Of a stretch of DNA of 64,000 nt, positions 13,593 through 27,654 are shown one piece after another. The translations under genes and the position numbers were made by a program. Position 1 is the stretch's first letter. Each line of letters starts with the position of its first letter. The DNA is taken from the NCBI GenBank assembly GCA_951406725.2, contig OX597822.1, forward strand, positions 23,870,001-23,934,000, given 5' to 3'. The stretch is from Octopus vulgaris. Lineage: Eukaryota. Under the pieces are notes generated by a model. The model made no database searches. It saw only the letters and a program-made list of their open reading frames with translations, and was not told the DNA's origin.

Positions 13593-13939
13593 GAACATAG
13601 ATGGGGGTTAAAATTTACGACAACTGCTGCGGTAGAATTTCATTGATGTATTTATTATTCATAGATTACATCACAGCATATACATATAGTGTAAATTACC
13701 GAATTATTCCGCATCTCTTTCGTTCTGTCTGCCTTTTCTGAGAAGGAATTGAAGAAATCAAAAATGCCGGAAGCTGATTATTCTCTACTACGAAACCGAC
13801 AATTAGCAAAACATAATTCCGTCTGTTTTTATAATTACTGAGCTGTTAAGACATAATAACAAACTACATGTTAATGAAGAAAGCCAGAAAATATAACAGA
13901 AGGTCGCCATGATAGAAGTAGAGAAGAAGACTAAGGAAC

Positions 13940-13988
<49 letters not shown>

Positions 13989-14021
13989 CAAAGGAAACAG
14001 AAGAAGAAGAAGAAGAAGAAG

Positions 14022-14052
<31 letters not shown>

Positions 14053-14154
14053 GTGCAAGTATGAATGGATGTGCGTTAGATATTAAATTATGTAGGTACG
14101 TGTGTGCTTCTAACACAGTCACAAGGTTAGATATTTTAAAGAAGAAGTTTGTCG

Positions 14155-14502
14155 GTTAAATCGGCTCAGGGAAAAAAAGGGTAATGCTGTCCTCACTGGG
14201 GTTTGAACTCGGGATATAATAAGTCAGAAGAAATACTGCAAAACATTTCATCCGATACTCTACCAATTCTGCCTTTATGAACTCATAATCATCCTTTCTA
14301 TTATAGGCACAAGGAAATTTGTGGGGAAGGGGATAGTCGATTACATCGACCCCAGTACTCAACTGGTACTAAATTTATCGAATCCGAAAGGACGAAAGGC
14401 AAAATCGACCTCGGCGGAATTTGAACTCATAACGTAAAGACGGACGAAATGCCGCTAAGCAGTTTTGTTCGACACGCTAATGATTCTGCCAGCTCGCTGC
14501 CT
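14155..14502 (-). mobile_element. Nin/Deu-domain-type SINE copies (family d)
   Basis: Variant of the family-d core GCCTTTCATCCTTTCGGGGTCGATAAATTAAGTACCAG on minus strand; many copies in the window. Confidence 0.75.
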
Positions 14503-14558
14503 TGATGAACTCATAATAATAGTTTGATTTATAGCATACACTAATTTTTTATGTACAA

Positions 14559-15043
<485 letters not shown>

Positions 15044-15059
15044 GGTTGTACATCAGTCT

Positions 15060-15350
15060 AGAGTTCATGGCTTAGTGGTTAAGGTGTTGCAATCGCGATC
15101 GGGAGATCGTGGTTTCAGTTCCTGGACCAGGTGGTGCGTTGTGTTCTTGAGCAAAACACTTCATCTCACCTTGCTTTGCGATCACCTCGACACCTGACGA
15201 GTGGTACTCCGTGCACTTGTTCAGACAACGTCGATTTGATGGAGGGAGAGAGCTGATGTACAGGACACAAATATGATCACTATAAACAAATCATTCGTGC
15301 AGGTTGTTCAGTAAGAATTTGCAGATCCGCCTTCCACGGACTACGAGAGG
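15060..15350 (+). mobile_element. Degenerate tRNA-derived SINE
   Basis: A box TGGCTTAGTGG and B box-like GGTTTCAGTTCC, then a GTGTTCTTGAGCAA core shared with family c. Confidence 0.6.
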
Positions 15351-15683
15351 CATAGCATCATTATCATTATCGTTGTATATCCACTTCGAGGAGTACAGTG
15401 AATTATGTTGTTCACTGACGAGCGCAGAATAACACCAAAATATTTCAGAATTATTTCCACTGCTTGTCGGGGAAACGAAAAAGTAATCAGTACATTAGTT
15501 ATTGACTAATATCGATTTTTAAAATGGTTTTCATTTTTTTTTTTTGTTTTGCTTAGTTTTTCTTTACTTCATATTTATTTCTAATTAACAATCTAATACT
15601 CTCTGCATTAACACAAACTCGCGTTAAATATATTAGCACTAACTTTATTTATTCATTAGCATCTTTAATATAGTTTAATTCGT

Positions 15684-16142
15684 TTCTACTCTAGGCACAA
15701 GGCCCGAAATTTGTGGGGAGGGGACAAGTCGATTAGATCGACCCCAAGATGCAACTGGTACTTAATTTATCGACCCCGAAAGGATGAAAGGTAAAGTCGA
15801 CCTCGGCGGAATTTGAACTCAGAACGTAACGGCAAACGAAATACTGCTAAGCATTTCGCTCGGCATGCTAACGTTTCTGCCAGCTCGCTGCTTATAACAT
15901 CTTTAATATATATTTCTTACTGCCCACAAGGGGCTAAACACAGAGGGGACAAACAAGGACAGACACACGGATTAAGCCGATTACATCGACCCCAGTGCGT
16001 AACCGGTTCTTAATTTATCGACCCCGAAAGGATGAAAGGCAAAGTCGACCTCGGCGGAATTTGAACTCACAACGTAACGGCAGATGAAATACTGCTAAGC
16101 ATTTCCCCCGGCGTGCTAACGTTTCTGTCAGCTCGCCGCCTA
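15684..16142 (-). mobile_element. Tandem pair of family-d SINEs inside a 27-bp direct repeat
   Basis: Two cores with different tails; TAGCATCTTTAATATAGTTTAATTCGT at 15657-15683 and 16143-16169. Confidence 0.85.
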
Positions 16143-16169
16143 TAGCATCTTTAATATAGTTTAATTCGT

Positions 16170-16485
16170 GAAGGCGTGTGGCTTAGTGTATGCGGTTCAC
16201 TGTCGTAAGATCGTGAATTCGATTCACGGCGGTAAGTTGTACCCCTCAGCAAGAGATTTTATTTTTCGTTGCACAATTCTACTCAGCTGGCAGAAATGAG
16301 TAGCACCCATATTTCAAAGGACCGGCCTTGTCACATTCCGTGTCACACTGAATCTCCCTGAGAACAACGTTAAGGTTATATGTGTGTCTGTGGAGTACTC
16401 GGCCACGTGCGCATTAATTTCACGAACAGGCTGTTCTGTTAATCCGATCGACTAGAACTTTCGACGTCGTAACAAACGGAGCGCC
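16170..16485 (+). mobile_element. tRNA-derived SINE with family-b tail
   Basis: A/B boxes; tail homologous to 36935-37107. Confidence 0.7.
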
Positions 16486-16504
16486 AGTTTTTTTGTTTTT
16501 CTTC

Positions 16505-16826
16505 TTTTCTTCGGTCAGGCACTGACCATGGGTTTGCACCTAGAGAGATACCCTCTGAGGCACAAGTCTGGGCAAGGTTGTTTTATGGAAGACCAGCAGT
16601 CGCCCATGCATACCGGCCTCCCCTCTCCACGTCACCGATGTTGTCCAAGGGAAAGGCAAGGGCCGATACAGCTTGGCACCTGTGACGTCGCAACTCATTT
16701 CTACAGCTGAGTGAACTGGAGCAACGTGAAATAAAGTGCCTTGCTCAAGAACACAACACGCAGCCCCGTCCGGGATTCGAGCTCACAACCTCACGATCGT
16801 AAGCTCGACGCTCTAACCACTGAGCC
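16505..16826 (-). mobile_element. tRNA-derived SINE (family c)
   Basis: Matches 4062-4361. Confidence 0.8.
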
Positions 16827-17003
16827 GAGAAAAATATCTCAATTCATGAAGAAACATAATCTCTATTCCCCTTCACCATTCCTCTTAGTCAGTAGTGGTA
16901 GTTACATATTCATTTCTGAGACTTCTGCTACATTGCAAAATACCATTTTCATCGGTTCTGTCACCAATGTATTATTGTATTCATATACGTTTCGCCATCA
17001 TCA

Positions 17004-17057
<54 letters not shown>

Positions 17058-17289
17058 GGTATCATCCATTTTGTTATTGCTGTTGTTGCTGTTATGGGGA
17101 CGGTGTTGTTGTTGTTGTTGTTGGTGGTGGTGGTGATTTTCTTGCTGCTGTTGTCGTTGTAGCTTCTTTTTTTGTCATTGCTATCATTAGCAACAGAGGA
17201 TGTAGAATTGGCCTAGCTTTTATCACGTACAGACAGACATTATACACTAACTCTTTGCGACATTTTACCATTAGCAACAGCTTTCATAC

Positions 17290-17392
<103 letters not shown>

Positions 17393-17446
17393 GCACACAC
17401 ACACGCACGCGCACACACACACGCACACACACACACACGCACGCAC

Positions 17447-17546
<100 letters not shown>

Positions 17547-17624
17547 CATGAAGAGAAAGGGTTTAATAGCGGAAAGTTCGGATCTTTGAAAGAACAGGGA
17601 AAGTGTTGTATTCGAAATGTAATC

Positions 17625-18172
17625 GGAAGGAAAAAGTGTGGGGAGGAAGAGGAGGAGAAGGTGGAGGGAGAAGAAAGCAGAGGAGGGAGGGACGGAGAAG
17701 GGAGGAAAAGGAAGTGAAAGTGGATGGGGGGGGAGAGGGAGGAAGAGGAGGTGAAATCGGATGGAGGAGAGAAAGAGAAAGTGGGAGGGGAGGAGGGGAC
17801 GAGAGGAAGAGGGAGAAGGAGGAGGAAGGGCAGGTGGAGGAAGTGGTGTGGAGGAAGAGGAGGGGGGAGGAGGAAGAGGAGGAAGAGGAGGAAGAGGAGG
17901 AAGAGGAGGAAGCGGAAGAGGAGGTGGTGGGGGAAGAGGAGGAGGCGGGGAGAAGAGAGAGAAGAGGACATGGAAAATACAGTTAAATGATCAAGCGCAG
18001 ATGGCGACGAATGGATGTCAAACAAAAGAGGACAAAGAGAGAGAGAGAGAGAGAGAGAACGGGAGAAAAGGAGGGAGGGAGAGAGAAAGAGAAAACGAGA
18101 GAGAGAGAACGGGAGGAAGGAAGAGAAAGAGAAAACGAGAGAGAGGAGAAGAGAAAGATAGAGAGAAAATAT
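17625..18172. repeat. Polypurine (GGA/GA) low-complexity tract
   Basis: Almost purely G/A on the plus strand. Confidence 0.85.
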
Positions 18173-18620
18173 AGGTGACGAAAGACCGATCGTTAAATAG
18201 GAGCACGTGAAAAGAAATTATCACCAGGCTCTATTTTTATCGATCAGCTGGTAGTATTCTCTCTCTCCTCCTCCTCCTCTTTCTCTCTCTGCGCATGTGC
18301 ATATGTGTATGCATAAGTGTGTGTGAAGGATCGTGGCCTAGTGGTTAGGATGTTGTATTCACGATCGCAAGATAGTGCTTTCGACTCTCACATCGGCGAT
18401 ACGTTGTGTTCAAGAGCATAACACTACTTCCACGTTTCACTTTGCTCCAGTCCATTCACCTGCAAATGGGTCACCCTGCGACGAACTGGCGTTCCGTTCA
18501 ACGGAAGCGTTGACCTGCATGCCTAGCCAACGGGGTGGCATTGGACGAAAGCTACACCAATACAAGGAAACGCATCATGACCAGCGAGGTATAGCAACAT
18601 ATGATATTCTGATCTGTACA

Positions 18621-18655
<35 letters not shown>

Positions 18656-18658
<3 letters not shown>

Positions 18659-18815
18659 AGTGGCTGTGTGGTAAGTAGCTTGCTTACCAACCACATGGTT
18701 CCGGGTTCAGTCCCACTGCGTGGCACCAAAGCCTTGTGAGTGGATTTGGTAGCTAATGGTAAAATGGAAACTGAAAGTAGCCCGTCGTATATATGTATAT
18801 ATGTATATATATGTG

Positions 18816-18875
<60 letters not shown>

Positions 18876-18981
18876 GGTGTTTGTCCCCCAACATCGCTTG
18901 ACAACCGATGCTGGTGTGTTTACGTCCCCGTCACTTAGCGGTTCGGCAAAAGTGACCAATAGAGTAAGTACTAGGCTTATA
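18656..18981 (+). mobile_element. SINE family a, internally deleted
   Basis: Homology to 14559-15043. Confidence 0.8.
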
Positions 18982-19039
18982 CTTACCACGCAGCCACTCC
19001 TATATATATATATATACTATTGGTGTCGCGTCTACTCTC

Positions 19040-19900
19040 TTAATTGACCACAACCTTCGTATTTCCCACTTCAAATCATGGTTGCTTATTTTTCCTTCAC
19101 CTTTCACATTGATCTGGGGCATGCTATGTCGATTATCATACATGTTCTTTCTTTTTTATTCATCACAACAATGTCTGGTTTTCGATGTCTGCTCGAGTGA
19201 TCGCACTAGCTCATTGCACCCCCAGGATTTTGCAGTTCTCATTTTCGGTAATTCCTTCTGGAGTTTGCTCATACCAGGTCTTTGCTCTTTGTAGGCCGTG
19301 ATTTCTACAGAGCTCCCAGTGGATCATTCTTGCCACATTGTCATGGCGTTTTTTGTATTCGCGTTGTGCCAAATTTCGGGCATTCGCTAACGATGTGCCA
19401 TACCATTTCACCCCTCTCACCACACATTCTGCATTTGTCGCTATCAGCAGTGTTGTCTATTCTGCATTTCACATAATTGGTCCTTAACGCTTGTTCCTGA
19501 GCTGCGCATATGAGTGCTTCTGTCTCGATCTTCAGATCACACCTCCTCACCCATAGCCACCGATCCTCTGTATCTGCCTTCGCGTTCATATCTCATGCAA
19601 ATTGACCGTACATTTTCTTTTCCTTCCAAAATTTTTCTTTCTTTTCGTTCATTTCTTGTTTAAAATTTTCTTTCTTTATAAAATTTTCAGTGTATTTCAA
19701 CAGTGGATCAACGGCATTTTATATAAAACCCTAAGCTGTTTTCTTCTGCTTCGATACAGTCCTGGCAACTGATCAAACCTCTCCCATCCTTTTCTCTGGA
19801 CAAGTACAGCCTATTGGTGTCACTCAGAGTGGAAGGATTTGTGTACGGTCAACATTTTTCTGGTCTTGGTATCCATTTTCTTCACTTCTCCCTTTTGCCA
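19040..19900 (-). mobile_element. R4/Dong-like RLE retrotransposon fragment
   Basis: ETEALICAAQEQALRTN, CRMCGERGEMVWHIVSEC (CCHC), YKKRHDNVARMIHW. Confidence 0.85.
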
Positions 19901-19939
19901 TTATTATTATTATTATTGTCGTTGTTGCTGCTGTTGTTG

Positions 19940-19970
<31 letters not shown>

Positions 19971-20372
19971 GAAGGCAGCGAGCTAGCAAAACCCTTCGGA
20001 CAGAAGACAACATGCTTAGCGGCATTTCGTCCGTTTTTACGTTCTGAGTTCAAATTTTGTCGAGGCCGACTTTGCCTTCTATCCTCTTGGGGTCGATTTA
20101 ATTGATTAGTCCTCTCCCCCAAATTTCAGGCCTTGTGCCTATAGTAGAATGGATTATATCATGAAGGCAGCATGTTGGCAAGACCGTTCGGACGGAGGAC
20201 AAATGCTTAGCGGTATTTCGTCTGTTTTTACGTTCTGAGTTCAAATTCCGCCGAGGTCTTTTTTCTTTCATCCTTTCGGGTTCGATGAAAGGAGTACCAG
20301 TTGCATATTGGGGACCATATAATCGACTAGCCTCTCCACCGAAATTTCAGGCCTTATACCTATTGTAGAAAG
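19971..20372 (+). mobile_element. Tandem family-d SINEs
   Basis: Two units starting GAAGGCAGC with the family-d core and tail. Confidence 0.75.
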
Positions 20373-20449
20373 GCTTATTATTAACTTAAAGTTTCTCGGG
20401 CTTCTAACCCGAGTCAGAGGTCCACGAAACTTTGAGCCGAATCAATCAA

Positions 20450-21251
20450 ACATGCAACTTCTACTAAATGTGTTGAGTGCCCTTTTCTCTTGAACAATGT
20501 TTACTTTTTATCGTGGGCTATTTTTCATTTCGTTTTGGCTTACATGCGGGTGTTCCATTTTGCTTTACTCCAATTTTTTGTTTCAGTCCCTCAGCCGCAT
20601 TCGAACCTTCGACTGAACCGACTATACTTTCACACAAGACACTTATGGGCGTATTCCATACTTTGAATAGTTCCATCCATTCTATACTGAATGAATTAAG
20701 TGAACTGTTTAACACATATATCTTTGCCTTATTCGTTTGACCTCGAATTATATATATATTACATAAGAATTCACCAAAATACATATAATTTTTTTCGTAA
20801 CACTATGTTTTCCGATTTAATAAATTTCGGCTTACCGATATATTTCCACGTTTTTTAATTTATAATGGCAATGTCACTACCAGTGTCCAATTACATTTTA
20901 ACACTTGTATTTCTGATTTTCACCTGTTCGAATTTCCTCATCGATATATTACCAATTTCTTCCAATGACGTACTGTTTAGTCTTTTAACTCCACGTAAAT
21001 TGGTTTATCCTCGTCGAGTTTATTAATTCCTCATGAGTTTATTAAATCCTCATCGCCACTGTTATATCGATGATATGTTGGATTGTTACACCGCCCACTG
21101 CGGTATACAGTATACTTAGTAAAACCAGTAAAGGCACGACTATCTCTGACCGCCTACCACGTAGTCCGGTACTTCACGTACTTCTCTATAGTGACGAGGT
21201 TATTCCATTCGTCGCGTGGGAGGGGTGTACCATTATTACTAATTCTCTACA
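20450..21251 (-). mobile_element. Gypsy/Ty3 LTR retrotransposon remnant: 5' LTR (21251-21060), PBS, aspartic protease; gag absent
   Basis: Minus strand TGTAG...TAACA (192 bp), then PBS TGGCGATGAGGA; RKFEQVKIRNTSVKM*LDTGSDIAIIN*KTWKYIGKP (DTG near 20880); continues into ORF 20518-20784. Confidence 0.75.
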
Positions 21252-21681
21252 ATAGTAGATATGTATGTGTGTATGTGTATGTGTATGTATGTATATATAT
21301 ATATGTATATATGGAAAAAAAGTCAAGGTAGAAAATGATAAAATAATTTTATAAAAAACATTTAGTACCGGTTTCAGTCATTGTGACTTTTTCAACTGTA
21401 ACAATTAAACAATGAAATTTAGAAAAATTAAAAGAAAAAATTTTTTTAAAGAATATTTGTATAGTGTTCAAATACAAGTGGCATTTTCCTTGTTTCTGCC
21501 TATCTCTGTCTCTCTTGTTTACTCTTGTGGGTTCGAGGCCATTGTGAATTCTTGGTATATATATATATATATAACTATACAAAATTTTATATGTATATAT
21601 ATATATATATATATTTGTGTGTGTGTATGTGCGTGCGCGCGCGCGTGTGTGTATACGTATATATATATATATATATATATA

Positions 21682-21743
<62 letters not shown>

Positions 21744-21789
21744 CATATATACGTATATATACATACAGATATATATATTTGTGTGTGTG

Positions 21790-22015
21790 TGAGTGATTTA
21801 ACGCTTGTGCTTGCAGACCCCTCCGCCACCGCTTAAGAACAGGTGTTTGTTTACGTTTCCGTAACCTAGCGGTGTGGCAAAAGAAACCGACAGTATCAAT
21901 TTAATAACAATAAAAAAAGAAAAGATTGGGTGGGGGGGCTATTTGTCCCACTAAAGCACTTTACTGCGGTACGCCCAGAATGGACGCAGTCTAACAACTG
22001 AAACAAGTAAAATAT
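21790..22015 (+). mobile_element. Degenerate 3' half of SINE family a
   Basis: CGTAACCTAGCGG...GGCAAAAGAAACCGA...CTGAAACAAGTAAAA. Confidence 0.6.
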
Positions 22016-22433
22016 AGCATTGAAATATCGCCATTGTGTCATGAGGTCAAAAAGATTAAAAGTGCTGCCTTTGGCCAGAAGCTTCGGGAAACGATAGATT
22101 AAAGATTTATTTATATCTTGGTTGTGTGCGGAGAAATAAATCAATGTTCATATGATTGTATGAACGAAACTACGAAACTAATGTTAATGGGAAGACAGGA
22201 AGTTATATGAAAATAATGTAGAGCGGAAGTTATCTTTAGTGAGAAACAATTTAGCAGAATTAGTTCAATCTTGTTGAAATAGGTCAGATGTAAAGAGCAA
22301 TTAGAAAAGCAGAACTATGCAACAACAAGAAGCTGGTGCGACAGAATAAGCACACCGAAGACGATGTCGTCAATGAATAAGGCAAGTTTTGTAATGATAA
22401 TAGTAACAGTAACAACAATAATAATAATGATAA

Positions 22434-22650
22434 TCCTTTCTACTAAAGGCATAAGGCTTGAAATTTTGGGGTAAGAGGACTAGTCCGTTACATCGACTCC
22501 CAGTGTTTCACTGGTACTTAATTTATCGACCCCGAAAGGATGAAAGGCAAAGTTGACTTCGGCGGAATTTGAACTCAGAACATGAAGATGAACGAAACGC
22601 TGCTAAACATTTCGCCCGGCGTGCTAACGATTCTGCCAGCTCACCGCCGC
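22434..22650 (-). mobile_element. Family-d SINE
   Basis: Conserved family-d core. Confidence 0.8.
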
Positions 22651-22652
22651 AA

Positions 22653-22710
<58 letters not shown>

Positions 22711-22712
<2 letters not shown>

Positions 22713-23500
22713 CAGGCAGTGGCTCCCGTGGCTTCTGATCTTAACTGATTGGAAGTGTTATCATGTACATTGTTTTGTCTTGGTATAAAAGATGGGCTAC
22801 AACAAATATTCTGCTCAATACCACAGATTTGCTTGTCAGTTGTTTGACCTTAACCAGTTGAGCATGTCCCTTAGTGGCTGACGATATGTGCATCTCTGAT
22901 CACGAGCAGACGTAGTGGGGGAGCATCATAGCCATGTGTTGAGAGGGATTCTTTGGGGTTTGAATAATTAACCTCTGGAAATATGGGTGTTGTTGTTTTT
23001 TTTATTATACCTAATGTTCCTACTATGATAGGAATTGTTTCTGTTTTTAGGCCCCACATTCGCGTTACCACTATTTCCAGATCTTTGTAATTTGAAAGTT
23101 TCTTGGTTTTTTTTCTTTTTTACAGAAACATTATCACCTGTTGCTATTGATACATCGATTAGAAAGCATTTTTTTCAGAGTGATCTCTGCTAAATATATC
23201 TAGCCTATTAGCCTTGATTTCTCTATGTGCATTAGCATATCCCAGAGTATGGTTGGTTTCTCATTTTCTGTGACCTTTTCTGGCATGTGTCTATACCATC
23301 TTTTTCCTGTTGCTATTCCAAAGCGTTGGCATAGCTTCCAGTGTAGGTAGGTCCCAACTCTGTCGTGTCTGTGAATATATTTCTTCTTAGCCAGGACTGG
23401 GCAGCCAGAGATAATATGATTTATTGTTTCTTCTCCATCTCCACATATTCTGCAGTTACTTGTATTTCTTTTCATTACATGTTTTTGGTGACTTCTGATG
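22711..23500 (-). mobile_element. R4/Dong-like 3' fragment ending in (TAA)n
   Basis: CRICGDGEETINHIISGC, HRHDRVG, ETIPIIVG; flanking segment shared with 38930-39130. Confidence 0.85.
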
Positions 23501-23507
23501 GGAAATT

Positions 23508-25255
23508 ATTAGTTAGTTAGTTAGTTAGTTAATTTTTTGGCTCAAAAAACAAAAAGCAAGGCTATGTAGGGGGGCATGGAGTTATGTACAGGGTGGTGTT
23601 CATGTAAAGAGTTCAGGCCACTTGAGGTCCAGGAAGGCTTTGAACCGAGCGGTCGTCGGCATCTTCACCATCTCGTCCGGCAGCTTATTCCACGGATCCG
23701 CAACCCGGACGGAGAAAGCCCCTCTCCTTCGATTGAGATGAAATCGTCGCAGATAGAGCTTTTCGGAATGACCCCGCAGCCGACGCTCTGGAACAGGAGT
23801 GAAGAACAGCTCTTTCGAGAGGTTACACTTTCCGTTTATGATGTTGTGAGCAAGAATGAGATCACCACGGCGTCGTCGTTTTTCTAGAGAATAAAGGTCG
23901 AGCGTCTTCAGCCTTTCTTCATAAGACAAATTCTTGAGACCAAGAACCATGCGGGTAGCCAGCTTCTGGACTCTTTCGAGATGCTGTATGTCTTTGGGGA
24001 GATAAGGAGAAGAGGCTTGAATCCCGTACTCCAATATGGGTCTCACCAGCGTGACATAGAGCGGTAGGAATATGGCTGCTGTGAGCATTCCGAATGACCG
24101 TCGAATCAAGAACAGAACTCCGCGTGCTCTGTTGGCAGCATGGACGCACTGGGCCGAATGCGAAAAGGAGGAATCCACCAAAATACCCAGGTCCTTTACC
24201 TGATCGGTCCTCTCCAGCAGCAGACGACCCGGCTCGAAATCAAGTTGAGTTGCAGGAGAAGAGCCAACAGGCAGATGACAGCACTTTGACACGTTCAGAC
24301 ACAGGTCCCATTCGTTAGACCATCTCCAAATTTGGAGGAGGCATCGACGAAGATCCTCTATATCTCCGCGAGGAGCGACCAGTTTGACATCATCAGCAAA
24401 TAGAAGTGTGTGTTGCGTGAGGTCGTCGGGCAAGTCATTTATGAAGATTAAGAACAATAAGGGCCCAAGCACTGAACCTTGAGGTACGCCACTGCTCGCA
24501 CTGGAGACATCGGACCGTGAACCATTAACTTGGACTTGGAAGGAGCGATCTGAGAGGAAGGCACCAACCCATCGTACAATATCTGGATGGAAACTATATG
24601 CTTGAAGCTTGACAAGTAATAGGCGGTGGTTTACCGAATCAAAAGCTTTGGCAAAGTCCAATAAAACGATGTCAACAGGCATCACTATCATCGAGGATGC
24701 GCGTCACCAATTCTTCCATTACCAGTAAGTTGGTCAAGCATGATCTCTTCGGCACGAAGCCGTGTTGGGAATCAGAGATAGAGGCTGTGTTTTGGAGGTG
24801 GAGCATCATACTTTTCTTAAGGATGGTTTCGAACATCTTGCTGATTATTGATGTAAGGGAAACTGGTCGGTAGTTAAGCGGGTCTTCGCAGCTCCCTTTC
24901 TTGAAAATTGGACAGATTATCGCCATTCTCCAGTTCGCAGGTATAACATCCGTCGCCAATGACATATTGAATAGACGCGTTAAGGGCTCGCAGATAACCG
25001 GAGCCAACGCTTTGATAACCCGTGGGTGTATGCTGTCAGGGCCGTGACCCTTGTTGACATCGAGGCCTTGAATAACGCGTTCAACTTCGTCCCGCGTGAT
25101 GACCAATCGAAGCATTGGAGGTATCGATCTATCAAATGAAGGGGGTTCACGACCATCATCTTGTTTGAAAATAGTTGAAAAAGCCTCGGCAAATAATTGA
25201 CTCTGTTGATAAGGGTCCTCAATCGATACGCCTGTTGAGTCTACCAACGTTCCAA
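23508..25255 (-). mobile_element. CR1-group LINE, 5'-truncated RT with one frameshift (~24680), (TAAC)n tail
   Basis: NYRPVSLT, QHGFVPKRSC, LDFAKAFD, GVPQGSVLGP, FADDVKL, SLEKRRRRGDLI. Confidence 0.92.
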
Positions 25256-25259
25256 TTTG

Positions 25260-25336
<77 letters not shown>

Positions 25337-25337
<1 letters not shown>

Positions 25338-26012
25338 TGTTTGACTTTTGCTTTACATTTGCACAAGTTGGCTCCAAGTCTCACCCAGAGACCTCAAGAA
25401 ATAACAAGTTGGAAGTTCATGTTGGTGTTATGCCTAGGGTGCCATATATTTGGTTTTGTACTTAGTGTTGTACTAGTGAATGCCTAAAGAATCATACGAA
25501 AATTATGTTTGTTTTAAAACTTGAGATTACATAGAAAGTATTTTGCGTAGGATATGAGCAGTTACCATGAGCACTATCTTTTGAATTTCTGCCATTTTGG
25601 GGTTTCCTAGTATCTGAGTTAGGTAGCAATCAGCCCCTTTTGCTATCATTCCCAGGGCACCCATGACAACAGGTATTGTTTTAGTCTTCAGGTTCCACAT
25701 TTTGCTGATTTCTATTTCCAGATCTTTATATTTGCTCAGTTTCTGGTAGATCTTGACAGATACGTTTATATCGATTGGGACAGTCATATCAATGAGGAGG
25801 CATGTTTTTTGCCTGAAGTCTTTTACTATGATGTCTGGCCTATTCGCGTCTATCTTTCTGTCAGTTTGAATGATGAAGTTCCAGAGGAGTGAGATATGGT
25901 CATTTTCAAGCACTGGAGGTGGTTTGTGTTCCCACCAGTTTTTATCATGGGGCAAGTCCAAGTTTTTGCAAATTACCCAGTGAATATATTGTGCAGCTCT
26001 ATCATGCCTATT
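25337..26012 (-). mobile_element. R4/Dong-like 3' fragment (same family as 40094-42176), flanked by (TAA)n
   Basis: RLE motif DANRPDII...IDMTVP; high identity to ~41480-42176. Confidence 0.9.
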
Positions 26013-26013
26013 G

Positions 26014-26060
<47 letters not shown>

Positions 26061-26064
<4 letters not shown>

Positions 26065-27391
26065 TAGTTTTATTTTTATAGCGTGCTTTCACTTCACTAC
26101 CGGCGCAGCTCTGTGTGCCTTGGGTATGTGCTGTGATTTGTTGTGATGCTCTGATGGTTATTGTATGGAAAGTGTTCTGCGTAGGATGTGTGCAGTGCCT
26201 AGTAGTGCAATTTTCTGTATGTTATATGTGTTTGTAAGTCCTGGTGTTTTTGTTCTGTATTTGTCTGAATATTTTTTTATCATGCCTAATGCACCTACTA
26301 TGATAGGAATTGTTTCTGTTTTCAGATTCCACATTCTAGTTACCTCTATTTCCAGGTCTTTGTATTTTGAGAGTTTCTCCATTTCTTTTAGAGACACGTT
26401 GTCATCTGCCGGTATTGATACATTAATTAGAAAGCATTTTTTTCTTCATGATCTCTGACAACTATATCTGGTCTGTTGGCCTTAATTTCTCTATCTGTGT
26501 GTATCGGCATATCCCAAAGTATGGTTGCTTTCTCGTTTTCTGTGACCTTTTCTGGTGTGTGCCTATACCATCTTTTTTCTGTTGTTATTTCATAATGTTG
26601 GCATAGCTTCCAATGTATGTAGGTTCCAACTCTGTCATGTCTGTGAATATATTCCTTCTTAGCCAGGACTGGGCAGCTAGAGATAATATGATTTATTGTT
26701 TCTTGTCCATCTTCACATATTCTGCAGTTACTTGATATATTTCTTTTCATTACATGTTTTTGGTAATTTCTGGTGGGGAGGCTTTGGTCTTGTGCTGCAA
26801 TTAAAAATCCCTCTGTCTCTGCTTTGAGTCCTGAGCTTCTCAACCATTGCTGGGATTTTTCTTTGTCTATTTCTTTTGCGTTTCGTTTAGTCCAGTATTT
26901 ACCGTGAAGGGGTTTTTCTTGCCGTCGTTTTATCATGGTTCTTTGCTCTTCTAGTTTTAGTTTGGATTTCATTTGTTTTATAGCTTTTGTTGTTTCTTCT
27001 TCTTCTTCTTCTTCTTCTTCTTCTTCTTCTTCTTCTTCTTCTTCTTCTTCTTCTTCTTCTTCTTCTTCTTCTTCTTCTTCTTTATATTTGTTAGGTGGTA
27101 TGATTTCTTGTTTGTATTTGTCAGCTTCCTTAAATACTGAGAACAGTTTTTTTGTTTTGCTCGTGTTTTGCCGCTATTTGTATCAGTTTTCCTTCCTTCT
27201 GAAGTAGATATTTTTGCAGTCCTATGGTGGTTATTTTATAGTAGTTTTCCAGCTGTATAAGGCCTCTACCACCTCCTATACGTTGTATATATAGTCTTTT
27301 TATGTCAGATTTTGGGTGATGCATCCAAGACCCTGTCATTATTTTTCTTGTTTTCCTATCTATTTTGGTCAGTTCATTTAGTGTCCAGTTA

Positions 27392-27392
<1 letters not shown>
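26061..27392 (-). mobile_element. R4/Dong-like fragment flanked by (TAA)n, with a (GAA)n expansion in the ORF
   Basis: RIGGGRGLIQL, ETEGFLIAAQDQSL, CRICEDGQETINHIISSC, NRPDIVV, ALLGTAHILRRTL. Confidence 0.9.
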
Positions 27393-27452
<60 letters not shown>

Positions 27453-27654
27453 GTTATTATTATTATTTACTGTTAATCTGCATGTTTGTTACAGTCACTT
27501 GCTGAGACACGCACACCGTCCTAGGGCAGGTGAAAGATAAGAGATGTTACAGTATAACTGAAAGGTTGGGGAGGGGAAGTGGCAAGGGCAGTAGCGAAAT
27601 ATCTTCAGGTAATACAACACAAACATTTAAATTGATAGGGTTTTTCTAAGGACG

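Noticed and set aside
17603-18178. Glu/Arg/Gly-rich ORFs
   Set aside because: Polypurine low-complexity tract is open in all frames
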